From Anolis carolinensis (lineage: Eukaryota), in the NCBI RefSeq assembly GCF_035594765.1, contig NW_026943821.1, positions 20,305,608 through 20,369,607 of the forward strand: a stretch of DNA of 64,000 nucleotides. Reading direction: 5' to 3'. Position numbers and translations under genes: made by a program. The notes below the pieces were generated by a model. The model was not told the DNA's origin and searched no databases. It worked only from the letters and a program-made list of their open reading frames with translations. Below, in pieces: positions 10,701 to 21,520 of this stretch. Position 1 is the first letter of the stretch; each line of letters starts with the position of its first letter.

Positions 10701-13700
10701 TCGACTGTGACGTCATAACCCTGATGGCCACCCCTTCGGGGACGACGGAATTGTACGACAGTGCCAAGGTGCCCCTTCTTCTGTCTTGTCCCCCAGACCA
10801 TTCTGTTTCTCTCTATTTGCTGTCAGGATCTCATGCTCATACGCCTCTCCTTGTTTCTCCTCTTCTAGGCGCGACTATACAGCCTTCAATCAGACCCAGC
10901 CACTTATTGCAATGAACCTGATGGTAAGACATAGTATGGAGAAGTGTGAGGGTTAAGAGCTGTTGGGAGAGGAAATGAGCCAGCTGCCCAGTGGTGACTG
11001 CAGTCCACAATATGCTGTTGTCTTCATAGAGTCAAACCTTTCCCATTTTTGCAGTGAATGCCTTTCTTCTAGTACAAAGACAGGCAAAGTACAGCTGTGG
11101 CCTGCACTCAGCCCCAGGGTCATTTTTATGGTACCCAGAGCTTACAAGGTTTTATTTTAAAGCTCCAATGTCCTATGCTTAGCCATGAAACATCCCGAGT
11201 GACCTTTGTTGGAAAAGGCCCATGAGAATGTGATGCAACTGTCCCAGATAAGAACCAAGCTTCCCTTGTGCTGCCCCTTCTTCCTTCCCTTCCTCTTTTG
11301 CTCTCTTCTTCCTCCCTCACTTTCCAGCCATCTGCATGATGGAAGCAGTACAAGCTGGTTCTGAGGAACAGGAGAAACCCAGCCCAACATCTCTTGAGTT
11401 CTCCTTATTGCAGAGTATCACCATCCCAGAGTAGGGATGATGAATGTGTGTGTGGGAAGTCTGCCTCCTACCTGTTAAACCTGTTCTTCGGATAATGGAA
11501 CCTGAGCTTGGAGGAGGCAGCATGTGAATAGGGTGGAGTTTCAAGCGTTCTGAGTCAGCCTGGTCGGGTCTAATCACTTGTTTCTCTCTCCATTCTCCCC
11601 AAATTTTTATTCTACTAATGAAACACCCAAACAAACAGATGCCAAGGCGCTTCACATGACACGGTTAATACCGTCATGAAGTGGAAGAGGGAAATTCTAG
11701 AACAAACCTAGATGCTAAATTCTTGATGCTAAACCCAGGGCAACCCAATCTGATTGATGAGTCAATGCAATGGACCAAGCTCCTTTTGATTCAGCAGCTC
11801 AGCAGTAATTGAGACTAACCTATGGATTTTACCTGACCTCACCGAGGTAAAACCTTCTTCAAACATTGGCCTGAGTACTGAAGTGCTTCTCTTACATTCT
11901 TGTCACCAAAGGTCAGCATTCCACAGTTAGGCAGGCTGTGCTTCCTCTCTAAAAAGTGCAGCTTTATCTTCTGGCAGCCTTGTGGCTTGAAGGTTGGGTT
12001 GCTGACCTGAAAGCTGGCAGGTTCGAATCCCACCCGGGGAGAGTGCGGATGAGCTCCCTCTATCAGCTCCATGCGGGGACATGAGAGAAGCCTCCCACAA
12101 GGATGGTAAAAACATCAAAAAACATCAGGGTGTCCCCCTGGACAGCCAATTCTCTCCAGAAGCAACTCAAGTTGCTCCTGACACTAAAAAAAAAATCTTC
12201 TGGCAGGAATCCAGACTGTTTAAATGTGAGGAATAGAGCAGACTTTGCAGACTAGCAAATGGGCACTGAATTGTAGCATAGTTATTTTGTGATCCAGTCT
12301 CTACCAATCTACACCCAAAGCATCCCTTGCAGGTGTCCATCCAAGCTGTCCAAAACCTAATGGAGGGGAGTCAGCCACCTTCTGCTGAGCACGTCTTGCT
12401 GTCAGGCATTTCTTCCTGATTCTAAGTTGCAATGTCTGTGGTCTTGCATCCATTGTTTCAGGTCCTGCTTTTTAAGATCACAGCACCAAGCTTGCGATAT
12501 CTTCAGTCTGACATTTGAAGACCGTATCACCTTTCAAGAGTCTCCTTTTATTTTCGCCACCACCAAGGATGGCTGCAGATCTGTTATTAGAGTACTTTGG
12601 CTGATTTTGTTATGATGTGACCTCTTCTCCAAGTTCGTTCCAGCCACGTGCCTCTCGTCCATTGTGTTTTGATAGTCTTATTTCTTCACTCCTCCCTTTG
12701 CAGGACCCTCTCAACTTTTTGAGGCCTGGCTTTCACACTTCAACTTAGAGGAGAAAAAGGGGGAGATCTCGGACTTGCTGGTGAACAGTCCTTCCATCCG
12801 TTCCCTCTACTCCAAGATGGTAAGGGATCCTACTCCCTTGATCTCCGTGGTCTTTTTCCCAAGCCAGATGTTCTGGGTTAGTCCCTTCAGAACATTCTCC
12901 AGTGCCATTCTCCATTAGATGTATTGTATGAAACTGCAAGAGTGGTAGGAACCTTGCTTCCTTTGCTTATCAAATTCTGTTTTAAGCCATGCTGTGCCCA
13001 TGAACCTGCTCTTACTTTTCCTTCCCATAATCCCAGGTCCCAGCAGCTGTCTCCCACTCGGAGTTCTGGCAGCGCTATTTCTACAAAGTCCATCAGTTGG
13101 AGCAGGTGAGTTGGCAGAGGCCCCGCAAGAGTGAGATAAATACCTTGTTCCTTTAGAAGGTACAGCATGATGGTTCTCCATCACATCTCTGAAACATAGA
13201 ATCTGTTCTTTGCTGAACTGTAATAGCCATTAAGCTTCCCTCTCTCAGGAGAATCAGGCCTTGGGCCTTGCTTTGAGACTCTGCCCAGAGAAACCACTGG
13301 ACAAGGACGCCAAGGAATCACAAGACCCTTACAAATTCCTTTTATTTCCTAGGAGGAGGTACGAAGGGAGGCCCTCAAGCAACGAGCAGAGCAGAGTGTT
13401 CACTCAGAGGAGCCCAGATGGGAGGAGGAAGAAGGTAAATGAGCCATAACTATGTCCTAGAAAAATTCAGAATAACTTTTCCCTCTTTTTTCCAAAGTTG
13501 TTCTTGGTAGAAAAAATGACAAATGGATTGTGGGATATGTTCTCTTTTAGAATGATGAATAAAATATTTAGAGCAGGATGTTCTTATGTTTAACTCCTTC
13601 AAACTGTTTCTAAAAGATCTGGAGTAAGAACACACTTGAATGAAAGCACCGTATATACTCAAATATAAGCCGACCCGAATATAAGCCGAGGCATCTAATT

Positions 13701-16700
13701 TTACCACAAAAAAACTGGGAAATCATAAGCCGAGGGTGGGAAATTTCAGACATAAAAATAGATACCAAATAATTACATTAATTGAGGCATCAGTAGGTTA
13801 AATGTTTCTGAATATTTACATCAAGCTCTAAGATAAGACTGTCTAACTCTGATTAAATCATTATTCTCATCTTCTTCAATGTAAATGTGCTTATGTAATA
13901 GAGTAAAATATTATATGTAATAATAATAAATACAGGAAAATAAAACATGTAATAATAAATAGAGTAGAATAATAAATGTAATAATAATAATAATAATAGA
14001 GTAAAATAAATGTAATACAGTAGAGTCTCACTTATTCAAGCCTCGCTTATCCAAGCCTCTGGATTATCCAAGCCATTTTTGTAGTCAATGTTTTCAATAT
14101 ATCATGATATTTTGGTGCTAAATCCGTAAGTATAGTAATTACAACATAACATTACTGCGTATTGAACTACTTTTTCTGTCAAATTTGTTGTATAACATGA
14201 TGTTTTGGTGCTTAATTTGTAAAATCATAACCTAATTTGATGTTTAATAGGCTTTTCCTTAATCCCTCCTTATTATCCAAGATATTCACTTATCCAAGCT
14301 TCTGCCGGCCCGTTTAGCTTGGATTAGTGAGACTACTGTAGTAGCAACAATAATAGAGTACAATAATAAATGTAATAATAATAGAATAAAATAATACATG
14401 TAATAATACCAATAATAATAGAGAAAAATAATAAATGTACCGTGTATTCCCAAGTATAAGCTAACCCAAATATAAGTCAACGAGGATATAAGCCGAGGGG
14501 GGCTTTTTTAGTCCTAAAAAAAGTGCTGAAAAACTAGGCTTATACTCGAGTATATACAGTATATACCAGGTGTGGGCAAACTTTGGCCCTCTAGGTGTTT
14601 TGGACTTCAACTGCTACAATCCCTAACAGCCGGCTGTTAGGAACTGTGGGAATTGGAAGTCCAAAACATCTAGAGGGAGGGCCGAAGTTTGCCCATGCCT
14701 AATATATACCGTATCTCACATGGTGACCACATTATGGCTTCTTTCTCTCATGCATCAGAGGAGTTTCTAGGGTCGTCGTCATCATCTCCCCAGCCCCATA
14801 CACAGCCTTCCCATGAGGCAAAACCTGCTCCTGCCTTGACAACAGAGGTGACTCCAACCCTGGAGGTATCCGTGGAAAGCTGGGCCACACTCAGCCCGAC
14901 CCTAACTGAGGCCACCCCATCCGAAAGCAGCGAGAGCGTCTCCCTGATGACGCAGGTCACAAACCCAGCTTCAGCCGCCGCCACTGTGCCCGCCCTGCCC
15001 TCACAGACCAGCGCCCAGCTCTCTGGGGCAGGGGACCTCTCCCCAAGGCTGCCGGAAGTCCCCAGAGAAGAGCCCAAGGCACCAGAGCCCACACAGCTCG
15101 CCACAACGCCCCAGGACGGGAAGCCTTCGCCAGAGAAGCAGCCCAAGGAGGCAGCCGAAGGCAAGGGGCAAAGCCGGACAGACGGTCCCCGAGAGGAAGC
15201 GCCAATGGACCTGCGACTCTTTGAGCTCAACTCGGACAGCGGAAAGTCCACTCCCTCCAACAACGGGAAGAAAGGTGGGCAGTGTGGGAAGGGCAACGTG
15301 GGTCAAACCTAGTCTCTGCATAGGTGGAGGAGCGGGTAAAAACTAATGAGCACCAACTACTATGGAAAAAAAGTGATTGTTGCCCCTCTATCTCCGTGGA
15401 TTCTCCATCCATGGAACCAACGACCCATGAAACTGATGTGGTCCTCTAGGAAAATGAGTTTGACACCCTTGCAGTACACAATGCTGGCTCACACTATTAT
15501 GTGGCAGTCCTTCCCAACCTCAGAGGGACAGTCAATGTATATTAGTTACTGGCTGTACGTCAGAAATTGCAAAATCACCCTCTGAAATTCATGGAGTATC
15601 GTAAGTCCCAAACAACATATAGATGCACAATAGCAATTGCTAAAGTCCTGGGTTCTGGCTGTAAATAATTTCCCATCCGGAAAGCCTTGCAATAGTGATC
15701 CCCGGATTGTCCTTCTCCCTCTTTCAGGTTCAAGCACAGACGTCAGCGAGGATTGGGAGAAGGACTTTGATCTGGACATGACTGAAGAAGAGGTTCAGCT
15801 GGCTCTCTCCAAGGCTGACATCTCTGGGGAGGTGACTCATTATTATCCTTACTGCTATTATTAAAATATTTATTTATATCCCACTTTATCTCTCTAAAAG
15901 GAGACCCAAAAGAATACAATATGGAGCTTAAAACAGGTCCCTAAATGCAGGGACCTGTAATTTTTATTGTCTTTCTGGTTTCTGATTTTGATGTGTAAAG
16001 TAAAATATTTGGCAAGTGATTGCTTACACTATGTAACAAAGTTTGAAAAATGTTCTGTTCCTGGTTTGAAAATGTTATTTCCTGTTTAATTGTGCGGTAC
16101 TTACGTTAAAAGTATTTGTTCCACTCCAGAAACTTTGTTTTTGCGGCTGCCACAAACTATGTTGAATTGGTTGAGACTCGATGAGATACTCATTGTAAAA
16201 CTATAGCATAATGTGCTGCAAAATGTCTCGCAAAACAAAGTTTTTTTTTAAATTTAATAAACTTTTTTCATGTTTTTATTATAGAGCCCATTAGGAAATG
16301 GCATTTGTAACCCAGGGACAAAAATCGTGTTACATAGTATTATCTCAAAGACTGAACTGAGTTTAGCACAGGCATGGGCAAACTTCAACTCCCACAATTC
16401 CTAACAGCCTTTACTTTGGTACTCTGTTTTAGCTGGCTTTTAATGGTTTAAATGATGTTTATTTAAGGATAATTGTTTAATTTACTTGTTTTAATTTATT
16501 ATATAATGTATTGTGTGCTTTTATATATATTTTTTATTTTATACTGGCATTGAATGTTTTCCTTTATTATGTTGAGAGCTGCCCTTAGTCCCCTTGGAAA
16601 TATAGGGTGGGCNNNNNNNNNNNNNNNNNNNNNNNNNNNNNNNNNNNNNNNNNNNNNNNNNNNNNNNNNNNNNNNNNNNNNNNNNNNNNNNNNNNNNNNN

Positions 16701-16890
16701 NNNNNNNNNNNNNNNNNNNNNNNNNNNNNNNNNNNNNNNNAGATAGGGCCAAAGTTTGCCCATGCCTGCTTTAGCACAATAGAAAGTACTTCCTTGAATA
16801 TAGCGCTCCGAAGTCTCATCTTGCGTATCTTCTCCCTCTCTCTCCCTATCTGCTTAGCTGGATGATGAAGAATGGGCAGACTGGGAGTAG
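7725..16890 (+). CDS. BSDC1: BSD domain-containing protein 1, 11 coding exons, 443 aa
   Basis: Exons 7725-7735, 9010-9070, 10283-10399, 10601-10768, 10869-10923, 12704-12819, 13037-13105, 13353-13434, 14759-15274, 15728-15831, 16858-16890; all GT-AG and phase-consistent (1332 nt). The protein MAEGEDGGWWRSWLQQ...VSHSEFWQRYFYKVHQL...DWEKDFDLDMTEEEVQ...EWADWE matches recalled vertebrate BSDC1. Confidence 0.96.
8175..8415 (+). mobile_element. CR1 LINE 3' fragment
   Basis: AGGAAGAACTTCCTGAC...CAGTGGAACTCTCTG...GGATGGCCATCTG...GATTCTATTATTCTGTG, ending in an (ATTCTRTG)-type tail. Confidence 0.75.
8438..8679. mobile_element. Penelope-like element fragment with inverted pLTR arms carrying hammerhead motifs
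   Basis: Inverted arms at about 8472-8555 and 8597-8680; 14-bp TSD ATCCTCGAAGATGT at 8424-8437 and 8680-8693. Confidence 0.8.
8521..8561 (-). ncRNA. Minimal type I hammerhead ribozyme motif (intact, antisense to BSDC1)
   Basis: Minus strand reads CCU-CUGAGGA-U-GCCUGC-CAUAGAU-GUGGGC-GAAAC-GUC-AGG. Confidence 0.7.
9010..9070 (+). CDS. BSDC1: BSDC1 coding exon 2
   Basis: cag|G GAA GAT...GAG AAG|gtggg; EDGGWWRSWLQQSLQTVKEK. Confidence 0.95.
9735..9838 (+). mobile_element. CR1 LINE 3' tail
   Basis: CTGTCAGGGATGCTTTGATTG...GGGGTTGGACT...TTCCAACTCTATTATTCTATTATTCTATG. Confidence 0.7.
9865..10103. mobile_element. Putative Chapaev3-like non-autonomous DNA transposon
   Basis: CAC...GTG termini with imperfect TIR (CACAGCCCAACA / TGTTGGCCAGTG) and TAG/TAA flanks. 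Confidence 0.4.
10283..10399 (+). CDS. BSDC1: BSDC1 coding exon 3
   Basis: STEALEFMKRDLTEFTQVVQHDTACTIAATASVVKEKLA; AG/GT flanks. Confidence 0.95.
10601..10768 (+). CDS. BSDC1: BSDC1 coding exon 4
   Basis: TENSSGTTEKVRKGLSNFLGVISDTFAPSPDKTIDCDVITLM...; NAGNAG acceptor (GAGAAG). Confidence 0.93.
10869..10923 (+). CDS. BSDC1: BSDC1 coding exon 5
   Basis: ARLYSLQSDPATYCNEPD; tag|...g|gtaag. Confidence 0.95.
11978..12194 (+). mobile_element. Anolis-type tRNA-derived SINE (SINE2), 5'-truncated
   Basis: B box GGTTCGAATCC, oligo-A tail, 12-bp TSD ATCTTCTGGCAG at 11966-11977 and 12195-12206. Confidence 0.8.
12704..12819 (+). CDS. BSDC1: BSDC1 coding exon 6 (BSD domain)
   Basis: PSQLFEAWLSHFNLEEKKGEISDLLVNSPSIRSLYSKM. 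Confidence 0.95.
13037..13105 (+). CDS. BSDC1: BSDC1 coding exon 7 (BSD domain FW motif)
   Basis: VPAAVSHSEFWQRYFYKVHQLEQ. Confidence 0.95.
13353..13434 (+). CDS. BSDC1: BSDC1 coding exon 8
   Basis: EEVRREALKQRAEQSVHSEEPRWEEEE. Confidence 0.93.
13649..14559. mobile_element. Tc1/mariner (Tc2-like) non-autonomous element with a nested MITE at 14018-14338
   Basis: TIR CCGTATATACTC(G)A / TCGAGTATATACAG with internal TATAAGCCGA repeats; nested CAGTAGAGTCTC-TIR MITE. Confidence 0.7.
14567..14701. mobile_element. Short hAT MITE (CAGGCATGGGCAAACT-type TIR)
   Basis: Palindromic body; near-identical 8-bp flanks GTATATAC/ATATATAC. Related copies near 8019, 16368-16769, 55886-56018 and 60603-60764. 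Confidence 0.65.
14759..15274 (+). CDS. BSDC1: BSDC1 coding exon 9
   Basis: Lies within ORF 14689-15312; TPSESSESVSL...DLRLFELNSDSGKSTPSNNGKK. Confidence 0.93.
15728..15831 (+). CDS. BSDC1: BSDC1 coding exon 10
   Basis: SSTDVSEDWEKDFDLDMTEEEVQLALSKADISGE. Confidence 0.95.
16027..16339. mobile_element. Chapaev3-like non-autonomous DNA transposon
   Basis: TIR CACTATGTAACA / TGTTACATAGTA with 3-bp TTA target duplication. Confidence 0.55.
16613..16740. other. Assembly gap (N run) in the last BSDC1 intron
   Basis: 128 consecutive N. Confidence 1.
16858..16890 (+). CDS. BSDC1: BSDC1 last coding exon
   Basis: Pyrimidine tract, then tag|LDDEEWADWE*. Confidence 0.92.
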   Translation: MDDEEWADWE

Positions 16891-17663
16891 CAGCTGGGGC
16901 CCTTGCTTCCTGTGCAGCAGAAGCACATCCTGGCCCCTTCTCTGGCACCCCACGCACCCCTCCGCACCATCCAATGTGAATTAAATCACAGAGCAACCGG
17001 CTTCTTGCCCCTTGTGTCCGTGTGTGTTCTGGCCTGGCTGCATCTCATCTCTGCTCACGTCCCGCTGGGAAACTTGGACCACGAGGATGACGCTGGGATC
17101 CTTGCCATGGAGGCCGGTATCTCACTTGGGAAGGGAAGGGGCCATCTTCTCTTAGGACAATGCTCCTTTCCACTCAGACTAATAACTCTTTCAGAACTGC
17201 TGCTCCTGGGTGGAAGTCTCTTTTTCCTCTTTGTTCCCTTTCCACCGCCTTTTTTTGTTTTGTTTTGAACCTTGAGGTGGATGTTAGTTGGTGGTGGATT
17301 GGATTGAAGTGTAGAAGGAATTCTCTCTGGATTGACTGGACTTTGCAGAATAGTTAGGCTTCCTTTTCTGGCCGCTCTGAACCAGCAGCTTTGCTCGCTG
17401 TGTGGCCATTGGTTTCATGAAATGTAGCAAGCTTCTAGTGGGTCCCAGAACTGGGTCCTCTCTGCCTCCCACTGGGAACAATGGTCCTGAGGAGCGCCAG
17501 TGTGGACCCTGGCAGCCTTGTCGGTCTCCTTCCTTCAAAAGAGGCTTCTGTACCACCTAAATGGAACCCACAGTCTCCCAAGTTTTTGAGCAGCCCACCT
17601 TCATCCTGTCTTACGCTGCCTCCTTTCTCTGCTCTCCAGGGACCTGAAGCACTTTTCAAAAAT

Positions 17664-17669
17664 AATAAA
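17664..17669 (+). terminator. BSDC1: BSDC1 proximal polyadenylation signal (distal candidate ATTAAA at 19475-19480)
   Basis: AATAAA about 770 nt after the stop codon. Confidence 0.55.
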
Positions 17670-20158
17670 AGTTCTTGTGCTGAATCCTTTCTTGAGCATG
17701 CAACCCCATGGAAGGGGCACTTCCCATGCAAGCTCAGCAAAGGGGCTGTTGTGCAGGAGATGTTATTTCTGTGTTCTCTGGAGGAGGCCCCTTTCCAAAG
17801 TTTCCCTGGAAGTAGCCCCCTTCCTCAGACGGACGCTAATCTTGGCCTGCCTGTAAGGACCAGCGTTTGCCAAAGCCTTGTGCCCCTATCCACTACCATT
17901 GAGCCGGCATCATCTGTTGAACATCTCACTCAAACTGCCTCCGAGTCTGTTGTCTTGCCCGTAGCCTCCAGTTTAATTTTCCTTCCTAGGTATGTATGTG
18001 TTTTCAGGGAGAGCACAGTGCGTTTGCCCTTTTTTCTGCCCTGTCTCCCAAGACGTAGCCTAGCTGCCTTGCAACCAAGTCAAAGAGTCTGAAATTGCTT
18101 TGGAAGCTCTGACCTAAGAACCGATTAGCTGCAATGATGCTTTTCTAAAAAGGTTCCAAACTGTTGGCCGATCTCTTTGAGACACAATTCATCCTAGGAT
18201 GCATTATGTGCCCTTTTGAAATGAATAGGAGCTAGCTTGAATCCACTGTCTACTTGCAGAAAGCATGCTCAGCTGCTCCCTAGTGGCGCAAGAGCCTTGT
18301 CTTTCCTGACTTGGAACAGGTCCATATCATAAAATGTTGAGCCTCTATGAGATTAGAATAATCTAATGACAGGAGCAAGCATGGGTTTTTCCAAGAGCTG
18401 CAACTCTCATGTGCAGTTAGGTCCCTTCCACTCTTCTCAGTGCTTCTACTTAATTGCTCACTTGTTCAACTGTTCCTGGCTTCTTGGGTACTAGAGGAGA
18501 ATGAAAGCATTGTCGCTACCATTTTAATTCTCCTCTGCAAGAAGTACCCAGAGAAGATGAGGCAAATGAGCAGAAACACTAAATAGTGACTGGTGTAAGG
18601 CTGTCAATGGACAACTGTAGCCGATGTTAGAGTCTACAGACACTACAGTCACCTGGAGGAGATTAACCACATGATTATAGGCTCCTCTGGGAAATGGACC
18701 CTTAAAAATCCCCCCTTCGGGGAAAGCTAATGTGGGAGTCAGCTCTGAAAGCAGGTACATTCTAGGAGAACCAGTCTGCCCCCTTCTCTCTCTGGAGGGG
18801 TTCCCCAAATGCTGTACTCAGCAGACAAATAAGACGACTTCTTACATTCCTGTGATCTAGAACAGCAGCCGGAGTCAAGGGAGAAAGGCCGGAAAAATGT
18901 GTCAGGTTCTTCTTGCAGTTTGCAGCTTGAGTTGAAACGCTTGGGAGGTACCTGCCTCTTGCAAGTACTGGTCCCACCACATTCTTGCAGGAATGGATCT
19001 TTGGCTGCGTCTTAAGGATCCGCACAAGGGCCCACAAGACTTCCTTCTTGGCCAAAGGGACCACAAAGCAAGCTGTGTTCCAGGCATTTCCCCTCCCCTG
19101 TTTAAAAACTGGATCCAAGAGGATCCAAGCCTGGTGTCCGAGACTTCCGAACCTTGCCTTGGAGGCAGCATCCGCCTTGAAGACCCACAGCGAAGGGCTT
19201 GTGCGGACGGCAGGAGCCAAAACGAGGCTGGAGACCTGCAGCCATGTCCCTTCTCAAGGCAGTTGAGACGGGGAAGGAGCACGGGCGTCTCTGGCTTCAT
19301 CGTAATTCTTCATTTTCCTCTTCTCGGTTGTGCAATATTCTCTCATTTTTAAATTATACCGCATCTCCCTGGACTGTTTTCGAAGCTGGGGGCAAACAAG
19401 TGACTCTAACAAGCTGTTAGTTTTGTAATTATGACTTTCTCCCCGAACCTTTTACAGACTTGCTGTTAACAGCGATTAAAAGAGTTCTACAGAAATGGCC
19501 TGCTGGTCTCCGTCTCTTTCCTATCCCTGTCCTGCAAATGCACTGAGTGGCCCGGGTTTGTTCTTGGCCACTTGCTATCGGGGTGACCTGAGTATGTTGA
19601 GATCAAAGTAGAGGAGCTGTGAAGCCAAGAAATGGCCGTATCAAAGGCATAGTTAATGGCATAGAAACTTATAGCCCTGGCAGCCACAAGGCAAGCAGGA
19701 GTCGAGGGCCAGTCAAGGAAAAGAGGGACAAGTAGTTAGGTAGAACAAATGTGCCTTCCCTTGGCTCAACTACTGCCTTCCATGTGCCTGCCAGAGCTAT
19801 GGGAGTTCACTCCTTCCCATTCATCACATGGGAATGCTCTTTGCCAGGAGGCAGTCAATAGAAGGAGAGGCCGTTGGTGGTGGGAAAGCTATACTTTGCA
19901 TGCTTGAGCCTCTAGCCTGTGTGTGGCATTAACAATGGAATCAAAAGTGTTCTTATCCTGCAGGATTTGGAAAGACCTCCCCTGAGAATCTGGGGTGAGT
20001 CATCTTCCCAAAAGCCAGCACAGAAGAATTATGGGAGCCGTAGTTTAAAAACCTCTGGAGAGCCACTGCTGGCTCACTCCTGGCCTGTTTGTGTTTGGAC
20101 TTAGACAGGCAACTCTTTTTGATCATATTTAGGAAGCTGAGGAGATCAAGATCTCCAA

Positions 20159-20485
20159 GGTAAAGGTAAAGGTTTCCCCTGACGTTAAGTCCAGTCATGT
20201 CTGACTCGGGGTTGGTGCTCATCTCCATTTCTAAGCCGAAGAGCCAGCATTGTCCGTAGACACCTCCAAGGTCATGTGGCTGGGATGACTGCATGGAGCG
20301 CAGTTACCTTCCCGCTAGAGTGGTACCTATTGATCTACTCACATTGGCACGTTTTTGAACTGCTAGGTTGGCAGAAGCTGGGGCTAACAGCGGCCGCTCG
20401 CTCCGCTCCCGGGATTTGAACCTGGGACCTTTCGGTCTGCAAGTTCAGCAGCTCAGCTCAGCAGCACTTCGCCACCGGGGCTCCC
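20159..20485 (-). mobile_element. Sauria SINE, full length
   Basis: (ACCTTT)n tail and tRNA-like head on the minus strand; 11-bp TSD AAGATCTCCAA at 20148-20158 and 20487-20497. Confidence 0.9.
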
Positions 20486-20802
20486 TAAGATCTCCAAAGC
20501 CAGGCCAATTTTAAAATCCTAAGGCATGGCTGGGCAAAGCCTAAGTCTCCTTTGAGATCCCTTGAACGCCACCAAGGGAAGGGAAGGAGGCACATTTGGC
20601 ACAGAGAGCCAAGGCTTATGTTTCAAAATACATAGCTTTCTTTTTGCCAGAGCCGCCACAAACGAATATTTGAACTCCCCAGTGAATATGCACAATGCCG
20701 TGAACGGACTCTGCCCACAGGCGCTCCCCGGGTTAAGGATAGATGAGAAACTGAACATCCCGTTAAAATATATGTGAGCGTTTTGGAAACAGACTGTCCC
20801 CT

Positions 20803-20808
20803 TTTATT
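20803..20808 (-). terminator. TSSK3: TSSK3 polyadenylation signal
   Basis: AATAAA on the minus strand about 50 nt after the stop codon. Confidence 0.75.
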
Positions 20809-20858
20809 GGGGGAAGAGTGTGTGTCTGGGGGGGTGGGGGTGACGTGGTCCTCAGCCC

Positions 20859-21520
20859 TCAGGAGCTGGCCAGCCACGGGTGCCAGCTGACCTCTTCGAT
20901 GGAGGGCCGAAGGACCATGTCCGGCTCCAGCAGGCTCTTGAGGAGGTCCTGGCACTCCTCGGAGACCCCTAAGTGCCCCGGGATGGAGACCCCCTTCTGC
21001 TGGTGGCAGAGCATCTTCGGGATGTCGGTGTCGTCAAAGGGCAGGTTGGCGCAGAGCATGACGTAGAGCACCACGCCCATGCTCCAGATGTCCCCCTTGC
21101 GGCTGTCGTGGGGCACCCCCTGCAGCACCTCGGGCGCCGCGTAGGCCGTGCTCCCACAGAAGGTTTGGCTCAGCTCCTTCCGGTTCTTGGGCAGCAGCTT
21201 GGCGAAGCCGAAGTCGGTCAACTTCAGGTCGAAGCCCTGCAGGAGGGCGTTCTCGCACTTCAGGTCCCGGTGCGCCACCCCACAGCTGTGGCAGTAGCGG
21301 ATGGCATCCACCAGCTGCAGGAAGAGGGCCTTGGCGCGCCCCTCCGGCAGCGGGCCCCCTTGCAGCACGCAGTCAAACACATCCCCGTCCTCCGCCAGCT
21401 CCATCACCAGGTAGATCTTCCCGTCCGTCGACTCCAGCATCTCAAACACCCGGATGATGTTCTTGTGGTCCAGGCGCTTGACGATCTGCAGCTCCCTGGG
21501 CAGGAAGCGCTCGATAAACT
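20859..21520 (-). CDS. TSSK3: TSSK3 exon 2
   Basis: Contains the kinase catalytic and activation loops; acceptor cttgcag at 21521. Confidence 0.96.

Noticed and set aside
11436-11505. Possible C/D box snoRNA (ATGATGA...CTGA) in BSDC1 intron 5
   Set aside because: There is no terminal stem or recognisable guide sequence, and such motifs are expected by chance.
16499-16996. ORFs spanning the N gap
   Set aside because: Artefacts of undetermined bases.
17481-19420. ORFs of 100-200 aa downstream of BSDC1
   Set aside because: No recognisable domains or supporting splice structure; they lie in probable 3' UTR.
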